Assembly: GCA_012026655.1 (NCBI GenBank)
Contig: JAAILG010000017.1
Span: 1-64,000, forward strand
Length of the DNA stretch: 64,000 bases
Reading direction: 5' to 3'
Origin: Hydrolagus affinis
Lineage: Eukaryota
In this document: positions 38,460-51,022 of the stretch, piece after piece
How positions within the stretch are numbered: the first letter of the stretch is position 1
How the letters are laid out: each line of letters opens with the position of its first letter
Notes under the pieces: model-generated
Told to the model about the DNA's origin: nothing
What the model saw: the letters and a program-made list of their open reading frames with translations, nothing else
Database searches by the model: none
Made by a program: the position numbers and the translations under genes

Positions 38460-39830
38460 GTAAGTGTTCAAGAAATCCCAATGGAGATAAATAATCGACT
38501 TGATTTAAAAAAAAATCATTTTTAATTACCTGCCAAACGACCCATTCAACCATCACAAAAACACAACTGAGCATTGAAAGACTGGTGTGGTTTACTGTGT
38601 CAGAAAGTAATTTTGTCTAAACTGAAGCGAGATATAAATCTAGAGTTTGTATTTTGATGATAACCAGCAAACTCTGGTAATCTCCATCACTGCCATCAAC
38701 TTGTGTTAACAGCTATTTTAAAATCTTCATTTGAATCTAGCGCTACATCTTCATTTTCTAAGGGATAATGGCGTCCAATTTATAATAAAAGTCATAATAA
38801 TAATCCTTGTATTTGAGACGTCCCAAAGCGCTTCACGGAATATAACGTAAAGTGAGTTGACTGTTTATTTTGTCGGAAATCACGGCAGCTAATTGTGTAC
38901 CGCAGTGTGACCAAATTATTATTATTTTTTTTAATGGTTTGCTACCCCCGAAAAAGAAAATAGATTCATTTCACTGGAAGATCATTTAGAAATACCAGTG
39001 AAGTTAAAGCCCACTGCGTGTTATTTTCAGAGTGCTGTTGATGGGTTGGCTTCAACAGGTTAAGCTTTTTCCAAAGTCTGTCCGCATAATGTCCGGCATT
39101 AAATAATAAATTACTCCCAGTATTGTTTTTCCATACCTCTTGCATCTCCTAATACCATTTCCTAAATGATTTCTGCTTCTCATAACAAGGATTAGAAGCA
39201 GTGTATCACCATATGCAACAACGTTATGTAAAAATGTTTTATTTCCTTCCTTCTCTCCCCCCCTCCCCCCTCCCCCCTCCACCATGTTATAATTGCTTAT
39301 TTTATGTGTGTGTTATGTGTGTGAGGCACTGGTATCCATGTTGTTATTTTGCAAGAGCGTGTCAAGGCTACTGCAGATGGTGTCACCTGATTGATCAGTG
39401 ATGTAATAGTACTAAACTCTATATCTATAATAATCTGGGAGTGGTTCCGCCTTAATTCTATTTAAGTGCATTAGAATTATTCAAAGTGTCCCGCGGACGC
39501 TTTTTTTTAACCATGGCATGATTCAACAAAAGAAGAGAGTGTCTGTCTCCCTGTGTCCTGGCTAACAAACCCCAAGTAAAAACGCACAGTCACTACACTT
39601 TGCAGTATATCCGGCGAAGCTCTTCGAGACATCTTCCACGAAAGATATAAAATCAATTGCAAAGATTATTATTATTATTATTATTATCGTACCGGTTGAA
39701 AACCTGTGGCTTTAAAACAATTCTGGCAATTTTCCACTGCTCTGAAATGACCGTATCGATCTCGTGTGTGCCAAGCAGGATTCCTGTAGTCACAATTTAA
39801 CATTATTCTTTCCTCCACCTTGTTTTTCAG

Positions 39831-39944
39831 GTACTGTTTAACCAGTTTAAATACTTCTTCAACCTGTACTTCCTGCTGCTGGCATGCTCGCAGTTTGTAT
39901 CAGAGTTGAGGCTGGGAGCTCTGTACACCTATTGGGCACCCCTG
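39831..39944 (+). CDS. ATP9A: ATP9A exon 3 (TM1 and start of TM2)
   Basis: ttttCAG / GTGAGT; [38 protein letters not shown]. Confidence 0.95.
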
Positions 39945-41536
39945 GTGAGTAGTGTAATAGTCATCTTAACTATCATGTCACGTCCTGGACAGTTGTCCTG
40001 CAGATTTTCAAAGCTGGATATTGATCACTATGTATGTAATAATGTTACACCTCGGTAATGTGTTGCATTACGTTGCATTGCATCCACACTGTGAATAGAA
40101 GTAATCAATCTGTCATGTAAAATGTAAGATTGGAGGGTTGGAGCCCTTAACCACTCAAACTAATCTGTTTGGAAGACTTGCTGTTTGCGTATATATTAAA
40201 CTGCTTAGGGTGTTGCTCTTTACAGGGGACAGCTGGACTCTGGCTGCCAGGTTGTTTGCTAAAGGCTTCCTGTTTAGCTAAAGTTAACTTTATTGAGGGG
40301 CAACAGTTGGGAGTCGGGCACACATAACTCATTTGTACTTTTAATATTTAGTTTCTAATCCCACCGTATTGCACAACTCCTTCTCCTCTTTTAGATCACG
40401 AATGAAGACCTTCCTCCTAAAACATGTTTATGGTCACCTCCTCCCTCCCTCCCCATCCCACCGTTCAGTGTCAGGCTCCGCCACTGTTAAGTGCTCCAAA
40501 ACTTTGCCCCAAGTGAAGGGCACTATATAAATTACAAGTTGGGATAATAATTGTTATACCTAAATGCCTCATTTTAAGTTCTATCTTACTGGCAAATTAT
40601 GAGTCGTATTAGTATTGATTTAGGATCACTCAGAACAATCGAGGAAGGGTGCAAAACATTTAGGAAACACCACTGTATCTCCAGGGAGTTTCAAGAATCT
40701 GTAAGGGACAATCTGATGCTGATCACTAAAAATAATAGTCTTTTTAAAGGTGAAGATTCCTATTATATCACAATTGTTTGTGGGATACTGCTGTGTGCAA
40801 AATGGCTGCCGCGTTTCGCCCACAAATATACAGTCGATTCAACTTTACAGTATGTTCTGTGAAGAGCTTTGAGACGTCTAGAAGATGTGAAAAGCGCTAT
40901 ATCAAATGCAAGGATTATTGTTATTATTTATTATAAAGACGTAGCAAGAAGGTAACGTTTTATTTTAGCCATTCGTTTAAGATGGGTTAAGTCTACAATT
41001 GGCCTGGGCGGCTGAAGAAAGGGAGACAATAAGCCTGGATAGTGACCCAGCGAGCCCTTGGCAGTGTTCAGGGGCCGGACGAGGACTGGACCAGCTCGGC
41101 TGTGACATCCCCTGTGGTTGAATACACGGCTGGGTTTCACTGTCTCGATTCGATAGACGTGAAAAATGATACTTTGCCACCGGACCCCAGGATTCAATGC
41201 CGAGACACACGAACACAAACAGACGGATACCCAAGCACTCTCCGCAGACTGCGGTGAAGTGTGGTCAGGATACAGTAAGAGAATGAGTCTCAACTTAACC
41301 CCCCCCAATCTCCACCCCCCCACACCACCGCACCCTCTCCCCCCAGAATGTTTTCACCCACAATAATAACAATCCTTGCATTTGATATAGTGCCTCATCA
41401 TATCTTTGAGACGTCTCAAAGCGCTTCATGGAATATTCCTTAAGAGTGTGGTGACTGTGTGTTTTAGTTTTATTGGTGTAAGCCCTACCGATGTGGGAAA
41501 CGTTATAGATTTTCGTTTTTGTTTTTCGACTCGCAG

Positions 41537-41645
41537 GGATTTGTCTTGGGGGTCACAGTCATCCGAGAGGCCGTGGATGAGATCAGATGTTATGTTCGAG
41601 ACAAAGAAGTCAACTCACAGATCTACAGCAAGCTCACAGCTAGAG
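41537..41645 (+). CDS. ATP9A: ATP9A exon 4
   Basis: tcgCAG / GTCAGC; [36 protein letters not shown]. Confidence 0.95.
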
Positions 41646-43175
41646 GTCAGCACCCAGGGCCCCGTTCCTGCTTCTTATATCCTGTTGCCAGCTGCTAAAA
41701 CAGTAGGGTTTAACTAAATTGAACAACATTTAAAATCAAAGGCATGGAGAGCATCTGTGTAGCTTGTGCAACATTACACAGGCTGGGATCCGAGGCCCAT
41801 TCGGAACACTCCTGGAGATTTATGATGCGTCTCGTCATTTGCATAGCAAAAGTGTCACCGAAAGAAGCAGACTGTGTGGCTAAAGGCCAGGGTTTGGTTT
41901 AGGTTTTATTGCTTCATGTCTCCTTAACGGAAGCGAGTTAAGTGAATATAGAATCTTCCATCCACCCCCCCCCCCCCGCCCCCCCCACCCCCCTCCTCCA
42001 ATTAAGTGCTGGTCAGGTTGAGATTCTGGTATGTCGGTCACCTATCTGTGAAAATAATTCTCAAAATTATGGACCATTATAGACTAAAGAAAGAATACGT
42101 GTATTAATAGCAAATGCAAAACCACACGCTCCAAATGAATTTGGAGCGTGTGTTACTCACTTATAAAAATTGGATGTTTCATGTGATCGTTTTTACCTCT
42201 CGCTGATTGCAAAAAGGCCCCCTATCTTGCATAGCTTTGGTAAACCTCACTCACTGAAGCCCCCTAGTCGGTTCCTGTAACGGACAGAATGGATTGAGGA
42301 CACCTGCAGAGATATTTAGGGATCCGAACAAATGGCCAAACGGGTTGAAAGATTATACAATGCTTACGGGGCTCAGAACTGACCTCTCTTTTTACAAGCT
42401 GAATGACTGCTGTGTTTAACCCTGACTGATGGCCATAATAGTGGCATGAAATCTCAATGTAGTGGAACTAATCCAATCTGAAATGCAGTGCAGGGTTGCA
42501 TTAGAGGACTGAGCGCAATCTGCTTTTACTAATTTGCATTCATCCTTTTGAGGTCTTCGATGCATTTCTGTCCTGAAAGTGTTTGAACCCAAGGCCTATG
42601 TGATTGGGCCCTTTGTCACTAAACCATTGCTAATAAAACGCATAGTGCTGATGCTGTCAGTGGTGAAGCATCACAGTCTTACAAAGAAGGAGATTTAAGT
42701 ATGTATTAACACACACATACACACTGTGCTGCTAGTTTCAATACTAATGTCTCCTGAAGTTCTGCGTAGTGAGATGTTACACTCTTCATTTATTTTACCA
42801 AGATGTTTCTAGCCCCTGATTTTTATTCGGTATCTACAAAAACAATAAGAAAATTACATTTATAGAGCGCCTTTCACGTCGGGAGGACGTTCCAAGGTTT
42901 TAGTAGGAAAGTCGGCACATTTACAGAAAGTCTGTACCATTCCTGAGATTGACTTCAGTCTCTAAGTCAGGGCTGGTAAATAATAATGTAATAATGCTTG
43001 TATTTGATATAGCGCTTTCCACGTCTTCTAGACGTCTCAAAGCACTTCACAACATTCAAGTTTTGGTCAGTCCTGTGGTTGGTATTTTAAATCTTGTGGA
43101 GTGTGAGTTCAAAATTGTCAAGACTGCTTGCTTTGAATGGTTCCACTATTCACATAGAAGGGATTTCACATAGCT

Positions 43176-43571
43176 GTGGAGTCATGTAGCTCAGTGGTTA
43201 AAGCATTCACCTCGCAAGTGAGAGAGCTGGGTTCTATTCCTAGCAGGGAAAAATGTTGGGCAAGTTTCCTTACTCCACACACCTCTATTTACCTGGCAGT
43301 AAGTAGGAACCAGGTTGTTAGTCGATTGTCAGATTGCTTTTCCAGGGATAATAATCCCTCTAAAACAATTAAAAAAACAGCAAACCAATAATAATTTGGT
43401 TGCTTCAATCCATGACTGTTTGTCGTAATTGCTGCTGTGCATAATTGGCTACAGCGTTTCGCCCACAAATATGTAGTCAATTCACCATATAGTATATACT
43501 GTGCTGTGCTTTGAGACGTCTAGAAAGATGTGAAATACGCTATATCAAACGCAAGGATTATTATTATTATT
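43176..43571 (+). mobile_element. Full-length tRNA-derived SINE, long subfamily
   Basis: Head gtagctcagtggttaaagc...gggttctattcc; internal cctctatttacctggcagtaagtaggaacc; tail and (ATT)n. Confidence 0.9.
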
Positions 43572-45684
43572 TGCTCTATTGAAAGCTCAGTTTCATTGAC
43601 CAGTCTGCCCCAAACCTCTCCTCCCTACCCCAAAAAGGAGCTGACTTGTTCTGGAGAATTGAGTCCGTTGTACCTCAGAAAAGTAAGCATACCAACCAGT
43701 CGTGGGAGATATTACTCAGAAATCGGCCAAATGTTAGCGTGGAAGGGCAGCTAGTCAGTTCTGGAAGCCAGGTGTAAAGCACTTCTGGCATAATAGACTT
43801 ACAATCTGAGCGAAGAGTGTGGAGTTCTAATCGAGCTGCCCTGCAGATGACCTTACACTAGACTGAAGTTTTACTAATTGAGTAATTCGGTAGTGATTCT
43901 GCGGGCGGGTGGGGGAAAGGCTGGCGTAAAGTATTAGAGGCTCAAAGTATATATTTTTTTGTGTGGGTAGAAGTGGTTAAGGAGAGAAGTTGCATTCTAT
44001 GGTTGTGTGAATTTCTATCATCTGTACATTGGGAGTTGGTGGTGCTGTATCCGGCATGACGAGTCCTTGTTAAACAACAACTATAAAAAGCTCAAACGTT
44101 GGGTGGGGGGATTTGCTGCAACTCGCTGGATTGTCGAGGAAATGGACTGGTTCCCATTGATCTGAAGCAGTGACGTGAACTGCATCCTGCGAGAGATGTA
44201 AATGATGTGTTTGAAGTAATAAAATCAATATGATCCTTGTGGTTTCTACTAATTTCCTCCTTGAACTGGCTGCACGCCTGGCAATAAATGTAATCCATTG
44301 CACATTACTGTTGCAGCTGGACCCGAGGTTCCACTCCGTGGCATCTTGCATAACCTGCCTTCCAATCAAAATGCTTCCGTAAAGCCGCTCGTTGAAATTA
44401 TCAGATGTTCCTCTCTGTGGGGTTAATGTGACCATGTGCTCCTTTCATTTAACTTATCCATGCACCCCCCGAGGGCAACAGAGCCAATAAAATCTCCCGT
44501 ACCAAGGGAGAGACTTCATGCTTCAGTTTTTAAGTCCTCTCACAATGAATCCTACTGCAGTAACGTGTGGCACCCCCTTTAATACGAAGCCTGCTTTCAG
44601 CTGACGATTATCGCAGCCTTACCATGTAATGCTAGGATTATTTAAAGGACCGTTTCAATTTGCGCACTTGCCAGGCATTCGTAGTCAAATACTGTATATT
44701 GCAGATTCTCAGCGTGCGTTCCTTGCAGGGCCTGCGATGGGGTGGCTGTTCTGTGCGATAACGATCTGGATATAATAATTAACTGATCGATTTGCCCATT
44801 TCAGGATATTGTGCAGAACAGATTCCATGGACAGGTGTTTTCAGCCCAGATCTTTCTCAATTTGATGTCTTCCCCTGCGTTTAAATTTCTACATCGCGGT
44901 TCCATGTCCACGCTCCTGGATCAGTTTGCTGTATCTTGGCAACTAGATGTAGGTGTTTTGTAATGGGAGTTCTCCTATTGTTTCCGTGGTTAAATGCTAC
45001 CTGGAAGCTCGGCCCCACTGGGCGAGGGAATGGGAGTAAAATAAATTTAGCTTGTCACAACGGAAGATTTACTGCTGCAGTTCAACAGTTGCACCATAAC
45101 CTCCCCATGCACGTTACTCATTAATTTATTTACATCCAAATGCTTCGGCTCCAGCTTAACATGGCTATCCGGTGATCTCTGCTGGCAAGAACATATGCGG
45201 GGATGCTGTTGAGAGACCTGTTGAGGATTAAGCTGTTAAATAGTCTGCCAACACTCACTGTATGGGGCTCATACAAAAGTTGCCAGCTTCACTGAGACAA
45301 GGGAGACAAAAACATTGAGTAGTTTTGCAGATGATTCATGCAAATTATGTAGCGAGTGGTTGGTAGTGCAGCAATTGTACTGCTCCCGGTAATCTTCCAC
45401 TGCATTAGATTTACTCTCTTGTGTCGATTCTTGCGTTCCCCTTGTGTTCGTGGTTCGATCCATCACTGAGCCATTCATAACATGAAGATGGTGAGTCTGC
45501 GAGTGGTACCATCAGTCTCATGGCTTTTTACGCTGTCCAGGGACCTTTCTAAGTGGGTATCAGGTGAGACGTGGTTACAGCTCAGGCTCAGGCAACCTCA
45601 AAATAAATTGGGTTTTAGATTTGCATCTTATGTATAGTTCTGATGAAATTTGTGGTAATGCTTCTTTTTTTTGTGTCCCTCCAG

Positions 45685-45743
45685 GAACTTCGGTTGTGAA
45701 GAGCTCCAATATTCAAGTGGGCGATCTCATTTTAGTCGAAAAG
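45685..45743 (+). CDS. ATP9A: ATP9A exon 5
   Basis: cctcCAG / GTTTGT; GTSVVKSSNIQVGDLILVEK. Confidence 0.94.
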
Positions 45744-46516
45744 GTTTGTACCTATGTCTGTTTTTAAAATATTCAACCCTTTCTATAAGAGGTACCTGTG
45801 AGAAAATTGTCTACATAAAAGTACAGTGTTGAATCGAGATAATAATAATACTAATAAACCTTGCATTTGATATCGTGCTTTTCACGTCTTCTAGACATCT
45901 CAAAACACTTCACAGAATATACTGTTAAAGTGAATTGACTGTGTACGTGTGCAACTAATTTGTTGAAATGGCTGGCTTGGTTTAGAATCGTGATGGAGTG
46001 CTTCTCGAGAATGAATCCAGTGGGATGGTTACACAAATTAAATTTCTTGTGCTGCAAGCTGGTCTAGTGATCATCAGTACGATGCAGGAAGCGCAATTGA
46101 TTGGAGATGAACAGCACAATGTAACTGTGAGATGTGCTGGAGCATAGCTGTCGAGAACCAGCCTTTGAAGAATTAATTTCAATAGTAAATTGACGTGCAA
46201 TGCCCTGGATCTATTTGGTCTTTGTTCTTGATCATCCCACGCGAGTTTAAGGCACCGTTTGTTAATGTTATGAAAAAGCCAGTGGTCTGACTGGCCGGTT
46301 CTGGAATGACAGAAATGCCTGACGTGTTTGTGCCTGTGCTCGGTTATGCCTTTAAACAACATTCCTCAGTCCCTGGCTGATTTGGTGAGAAATAGGAATT
46401 GTTAATCCGTCTTCTGAGTTGGCTCCACTGCTTTATTTTCAGAAGGACAAACTAGGTATCAATGAAGCTTCCTTTTTGTGTAACTTGGATTTATGATTTT
46501 GTTTTATTTTCCACAG

Positions 46517-46568
46517 AACCAGCGGGTTCCTGCTGACATGATCTTCCTCCGAACATCTGACAAAACTG
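46517..46568 (+). CDS. ATP9A: ATP9A exon 6
   Basis: ccaCAG / GTAAGT; NQRVPADMIFLRTSDKT. Confidence 0.94.
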
Positions 46569-47290
46569 GTAAGTGACATACCTAGTGGTTCACGTAAACT
46601 GAGGAAGCTTCCCTCCTGTCTGCCTCCTACTGTAAACAATCCAACAGAAATGCTTTGTTTTAATGCCAGTTGTCTTATCTGTCGAATTTCCGATAGCATC
46701 TGGGCTGTGATAAAACAGCTAAATCATACAGTAAGCATTGGGTGATGTTTATGATGATCCATTTCTGGTTTAAATATCTTTGGGTTTAGACATTTGACGA
46801 CCTTTTGTGTATTTGATCAAAGATCCCACTGATTTGATGTGTTTTCGAGTATTTATGGCTTGGGTTTAAGGGCTGGGAAGTGCTGATTATTAGAGTGGAG
46901 ATGGTAATAATTCTAAATTAAAGTCAATGAACAAAATCCCTATGTTTTGGATGTGGCCACATAAACATGTGATTATCTCCGAAATATGTTTTCCCCTAGA
47001 AGGATAATTTAATAAAACTAGCCGTTCAAAAGAGAATTATAGCTAATTCCAACATGATGAGATGGTCTGTCAAGAAGTCAATAAGAGATGTGTGAGCAAG
47101 AGATGTGTGAGCCACAACTATAATAATTATTGCTGTAATAATCTTGGCATTTGATATGTCGCGAGCATCTTAGTGGGAAGTTTTAACAAACGCACTTGGT
47201 GCATTTCCTCTGAATTCCAAGCAACGGCATTAACACAGCTGTGGACTTTGGCTTCAGCTTGTATCTCTATAAACGCCTCCTGTTTTGCAG

Positions 47291-47385
47291 GTTCCTGTTT
47301 TATCCGCACTGATCAGTTGGATGGAGAGACTGACTGGAAGATGCGACTGCCTGTGGGCTGTACTCAGAGATTGCCCATCATGGGA
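47291..47385 (+). CDS. ATP9A: ATP9A exon 7 (A-domain DGET motif)
   Basis: tttgCAG / GTAAGT; [32 protein letters not shown]. Confidence 0.96.
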
Positions 47386-48236
47386 GTAAGTACCACTTGA
47401 AGCAACAAGCCCCATAAATTCTGATAACACAAAATGCACTGGCATTTTGGGAATTATTATTATTACTGCAGTAACCTTTACGTACGTCGTATTAGTTTGG
47501 ACAATCCATTTAATATGACTTATGCACAGTATGAGTTATGTTAAACTTGCATAGAATATAAACTCTTGAACAGCCTTGGGCAGATGTTTAACTTACACGG
47601 TTACATGATTTATACAGATCAGACTTGTGAGAGTTTTACTGTACAGTATAAGGAATAATAATACTTTAATAAGAATCTTTGATGTAGCTCCTTATCATGT
47701 TGAACAATCTCAGAGTGCTTTATGCGATTTTACTATGAAATGCAGTGCTGGTGTGTCAGCCTAGACTGTCAGCTCAAAATCCTGACTTTGGGGATTGAAA
47801 CCTTCTGACTGGAGAGTTTTACCATACTGAGGCCAGAAGCTGTCAGCAGGGGTTGGTGTTGGAAGAATGAAGAACATCTAAAGTTGCGTATTCTCTTTGG
47901 AAAAATTGTACTTGAGAGTTGAGGGCAATTCTGTAATAATAATAACGAAATGAAGTGTTCCTGTGATATGTCCTTGGCCATCAATTAGGCTGACAACTTT
48001 CAACTGACCTCGAGCCCCAGTACAGTTTGCAATTGGAACATTTATACAGTGCAGGTGCAAAGCTCTCACTTCCTGAAAACTAGCTCCAGGTGTGGTCAGG
48101 GGCATGGCTCAATTTTTACACCGCACATTTGGTGGTCAATTGATAGTGTGCTTCAGGCTATGGCTTGTAAAACCAGATGTTCCACAGAGCTCAGTGTTGG
48201 CATCCTTTCTTACTTGCTTTTGCTTTTAATCTCTAG

Positions 48237-48317
48237 GACCTTCTACAAATCCGATCTTACGTTTACGCAGAGGAACCGAGCCTGGATATCCATGGGTTTG
48301 TGGGAACCTTCACTCGG
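48237..48317 (+). CDS. ATP9A: ATP9A exon 8
   Basis: ctcTAG / GTGAGT; [27 protein letters not shown]. Confidence 0.95.
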
Positions 48318-48548
48318 GTGAGTTGGATTTGGATACGCTCTATATAACGTGGTTAATATGTTCCCTTTAGAATTCAGTTAGGGTTTAGGCATTGTACTTA
48401 ATCAGCAAATCTCAAAGGGATTTATTGTGAGCCATTGTTCTCTTTTTTTAACTCCTACGAAAGAGCAGGGAATGGGGATTGACGGCGTTGGATGTGGCAT
48501 CTGGCAAGTGGCCAGGAACGAGTGACTGCATGCTGCTGAGTTCATGCT

Positions 48549-48861
48549 GTGGAGCCCTGTAGTTCAGTGGTTAGAGCACTCGCCTTACAAGCGAGAGACC
48601 TGGGTTCAATTCCTTGCAGGGCGAAACATTGGGCAAGTTTCCTTACTCCACAAGCCTGATAATAATCCCTCGAAAAATGTGATAATAAGTTGGTCATTTT
48701 AATCCTTGGCTGTTCGTGAGACACTGCTGTGCACAATTGGCTGCCACGTTTTGCCCATAAATATACAGTCAATTCACTTTACAGTATATTCTATGACACG
48801 CTTTGAGATGTCTAGAAGACGTGAAAAGCGCTATATCAAATGTAAGGATTATTATTATTAT
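48549..48861 (+). mobile_element. Full-length tRNA-derived SINE, short subfamily
   Basis: Same head, body and tail as the 35244 copy. Confidence 0.92.
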
Positions 48862-49030
48862 CCGCCTTCAATGTGGTAACTTAGCAAGATAATAGGAGTG
48901 ATCCGTTTTAATGATCCGTTTGGGAACAGTCACAACAATTTTGCCGCCAGTTTGTAACCCTGCATTAAATAGATAGTTCTCGATGATTTAAGTTGGAAGA
49001 ATGATGGTTTTTCGCTTGTTTTGCCATCAG

Positions 49031-49106
49031 GAAGACAGTGACCCACCTGTTAACGAGAGCTTAAGCATCGAAAACACTCTCTGGGCCAGCACGGTTGTTG
49101 CTTCTG
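49031..49106 (+). CDS. ATP9A: ATP9A exon 9
   Basis: catCAG / GTAAGA; [25 protein letters not shown]. Confidence 0.95.
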
Positions 49107-50945
49107 GTAAGATGAGGCTGTTTTCGTTTCCTCAACAACTAACAAAAATATACTGTGACTTTCATCTTTTCCCTTTTTTTTTCCTCAAAATTGGACAGTT
49201 TTACACTCCTCAATGCCTGAAACCATAGATTTAGTTCAAAGTAATAATGGGATAATAATCGATTAAAACAAACACCACCAATATTAAATTGGTCGTTTTT
49301 CAATCCACAATTGTTTGTTGGACGCTGATGTGTGCAATTGGCTGCCACGTTATGCCCACATTTATACAGTCGATTCGCTTTACAAGTATATTCCGTGAAG
49401 CGCTTTGAGACGTCTTGAAGACTTGAAAATGCAAGGATTATTATTATCATTAAAGTAATTCAGAAAATATGAGTTTCAGAGTTCCTTGGTGAGTGGTCAA
49501 CTGCAAAATGTTTTCCTGGGGAAGAAAAAGTCTCAAATCGAGCAAGCAATTATTAATGGGAACACATCAAGAGCAACTTCCTTGCCCCTAACTTCCTTTA
49601 TTCACTTGTCATATTCCAGAACCTCGAGCTATTTACACATCACTAAACCTCGGTGTGCTTTTATATGTGATCTTTCTTGATTTGTTATCCTTTCCGAGTT
49701 TACATGTGGTGCCAGGATCATGATCCCATGAATCTAAATAGTTACACTGCAGCAAGTAGTTTAGCAAGTTTCCTCTGGCTCTGCTCCCAATTGTTTATTT
49801 GTGCCTCTCTTGCTGCTCGCTGTGAGTTACAATGTGGCTCAATGAGGAATGAGGTTTCATGTATTTTTCTTGAAAAATCGTATACACGGAATTAGTTGAG
49901 TTATAAATATTTAAGTGAATAAACTGATGGCTTATTAGCCAATTGTTATTTTCATGATCTACATAATCGCGGTAGACCACTTTTTGTATGTTTTGCTCGT
50001 TTGCTTGAGCTGCGGTGAGATCGGCTTGGGTTTGCTGAAAGATAATCCCATCAAATAGAATTTGTGATCTTTCGCCGTATCAGACAATAAAATACACCCT
50101 GATGCCACTCACTGCTGGCCAAATGCCATGTTTCATGGTGGGATTTTGTGGCAATAGCAAAAGAATTTACACAAATTACATCTGCATTCACATGTGAAAC
50201 CTCCTCCTGTCTTTTGTAAAGTCTTCACATATGTACGTTAGTAAAGTTTGGAGTAATTCCTGAAAGCTCTATGTCTGAAGTGCTATGTGTTGTTGTTCTG
50301 TGTGTGTGGCTGGAAAATGATCAGGAGTGGGGACTCGACCTCAAGGCAAACCGAAAGCTTGTAACATTCAGACTAATTCAGCACAGATTGCAACCTGCAT
50401 CTTTTTACAGCTCAATTTCAAACACAAGACCCGAGTTTTTACCAACTAAGCCATTTGGGGCTACAGCATTGTAAACATTTTGGATAATCAAGGGTGACAT
50501 CAGGGGGCCCTGAACGGATCTAGTCATAAATTTAAGGATTTCAGATTTTCCTGACCTACTAAAATAACTTCTGTGTTTCAATACCTTTCGTAATCGTTTG
50601 ACGTCATTTCCTCTTGTGGTTATCTATCACTTATCATTTTGTCAACAATTTTTGTATTACCTATTGCAAACATCCGCTTTCCCAATCATACATCTGACAC
50701 CAGATTAAGTAGGTAGATTTAGTCTCATTGTATCATTGAAATGCAGAGGCCCCCAAACCAAACCTTTGCAACTTAAATGCTGCCCCTGGGGATAATGAGA
50801 ATTTCTCATTAAAAAAAATGTTTTAACTTGATGTTTGTAAGCCCAAATCAAATGTTCATTTTTTGTAAACAAAAATAAAATAAATTTTGTCAAAGACCCT
50901 AATATTTTGCTGTGTTTTCTCTCTCTCTCTCTCTCTCTTTCCAAG

Positions 50946-51022
50946 GTACTGCTGTGGGACTTGTCATTTACACGGGGAAAGAGATGAGGAGCGTAATGAA
51001 TACCTCCAACCCAAAGAATAAG
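50946..51022 (+). CDS. ATP9A: ATP9A exon 10
   Basis: (CT)n tract then ccAAG / GTACGG; [26 protein letters not shown]. Confidence 0.95.
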
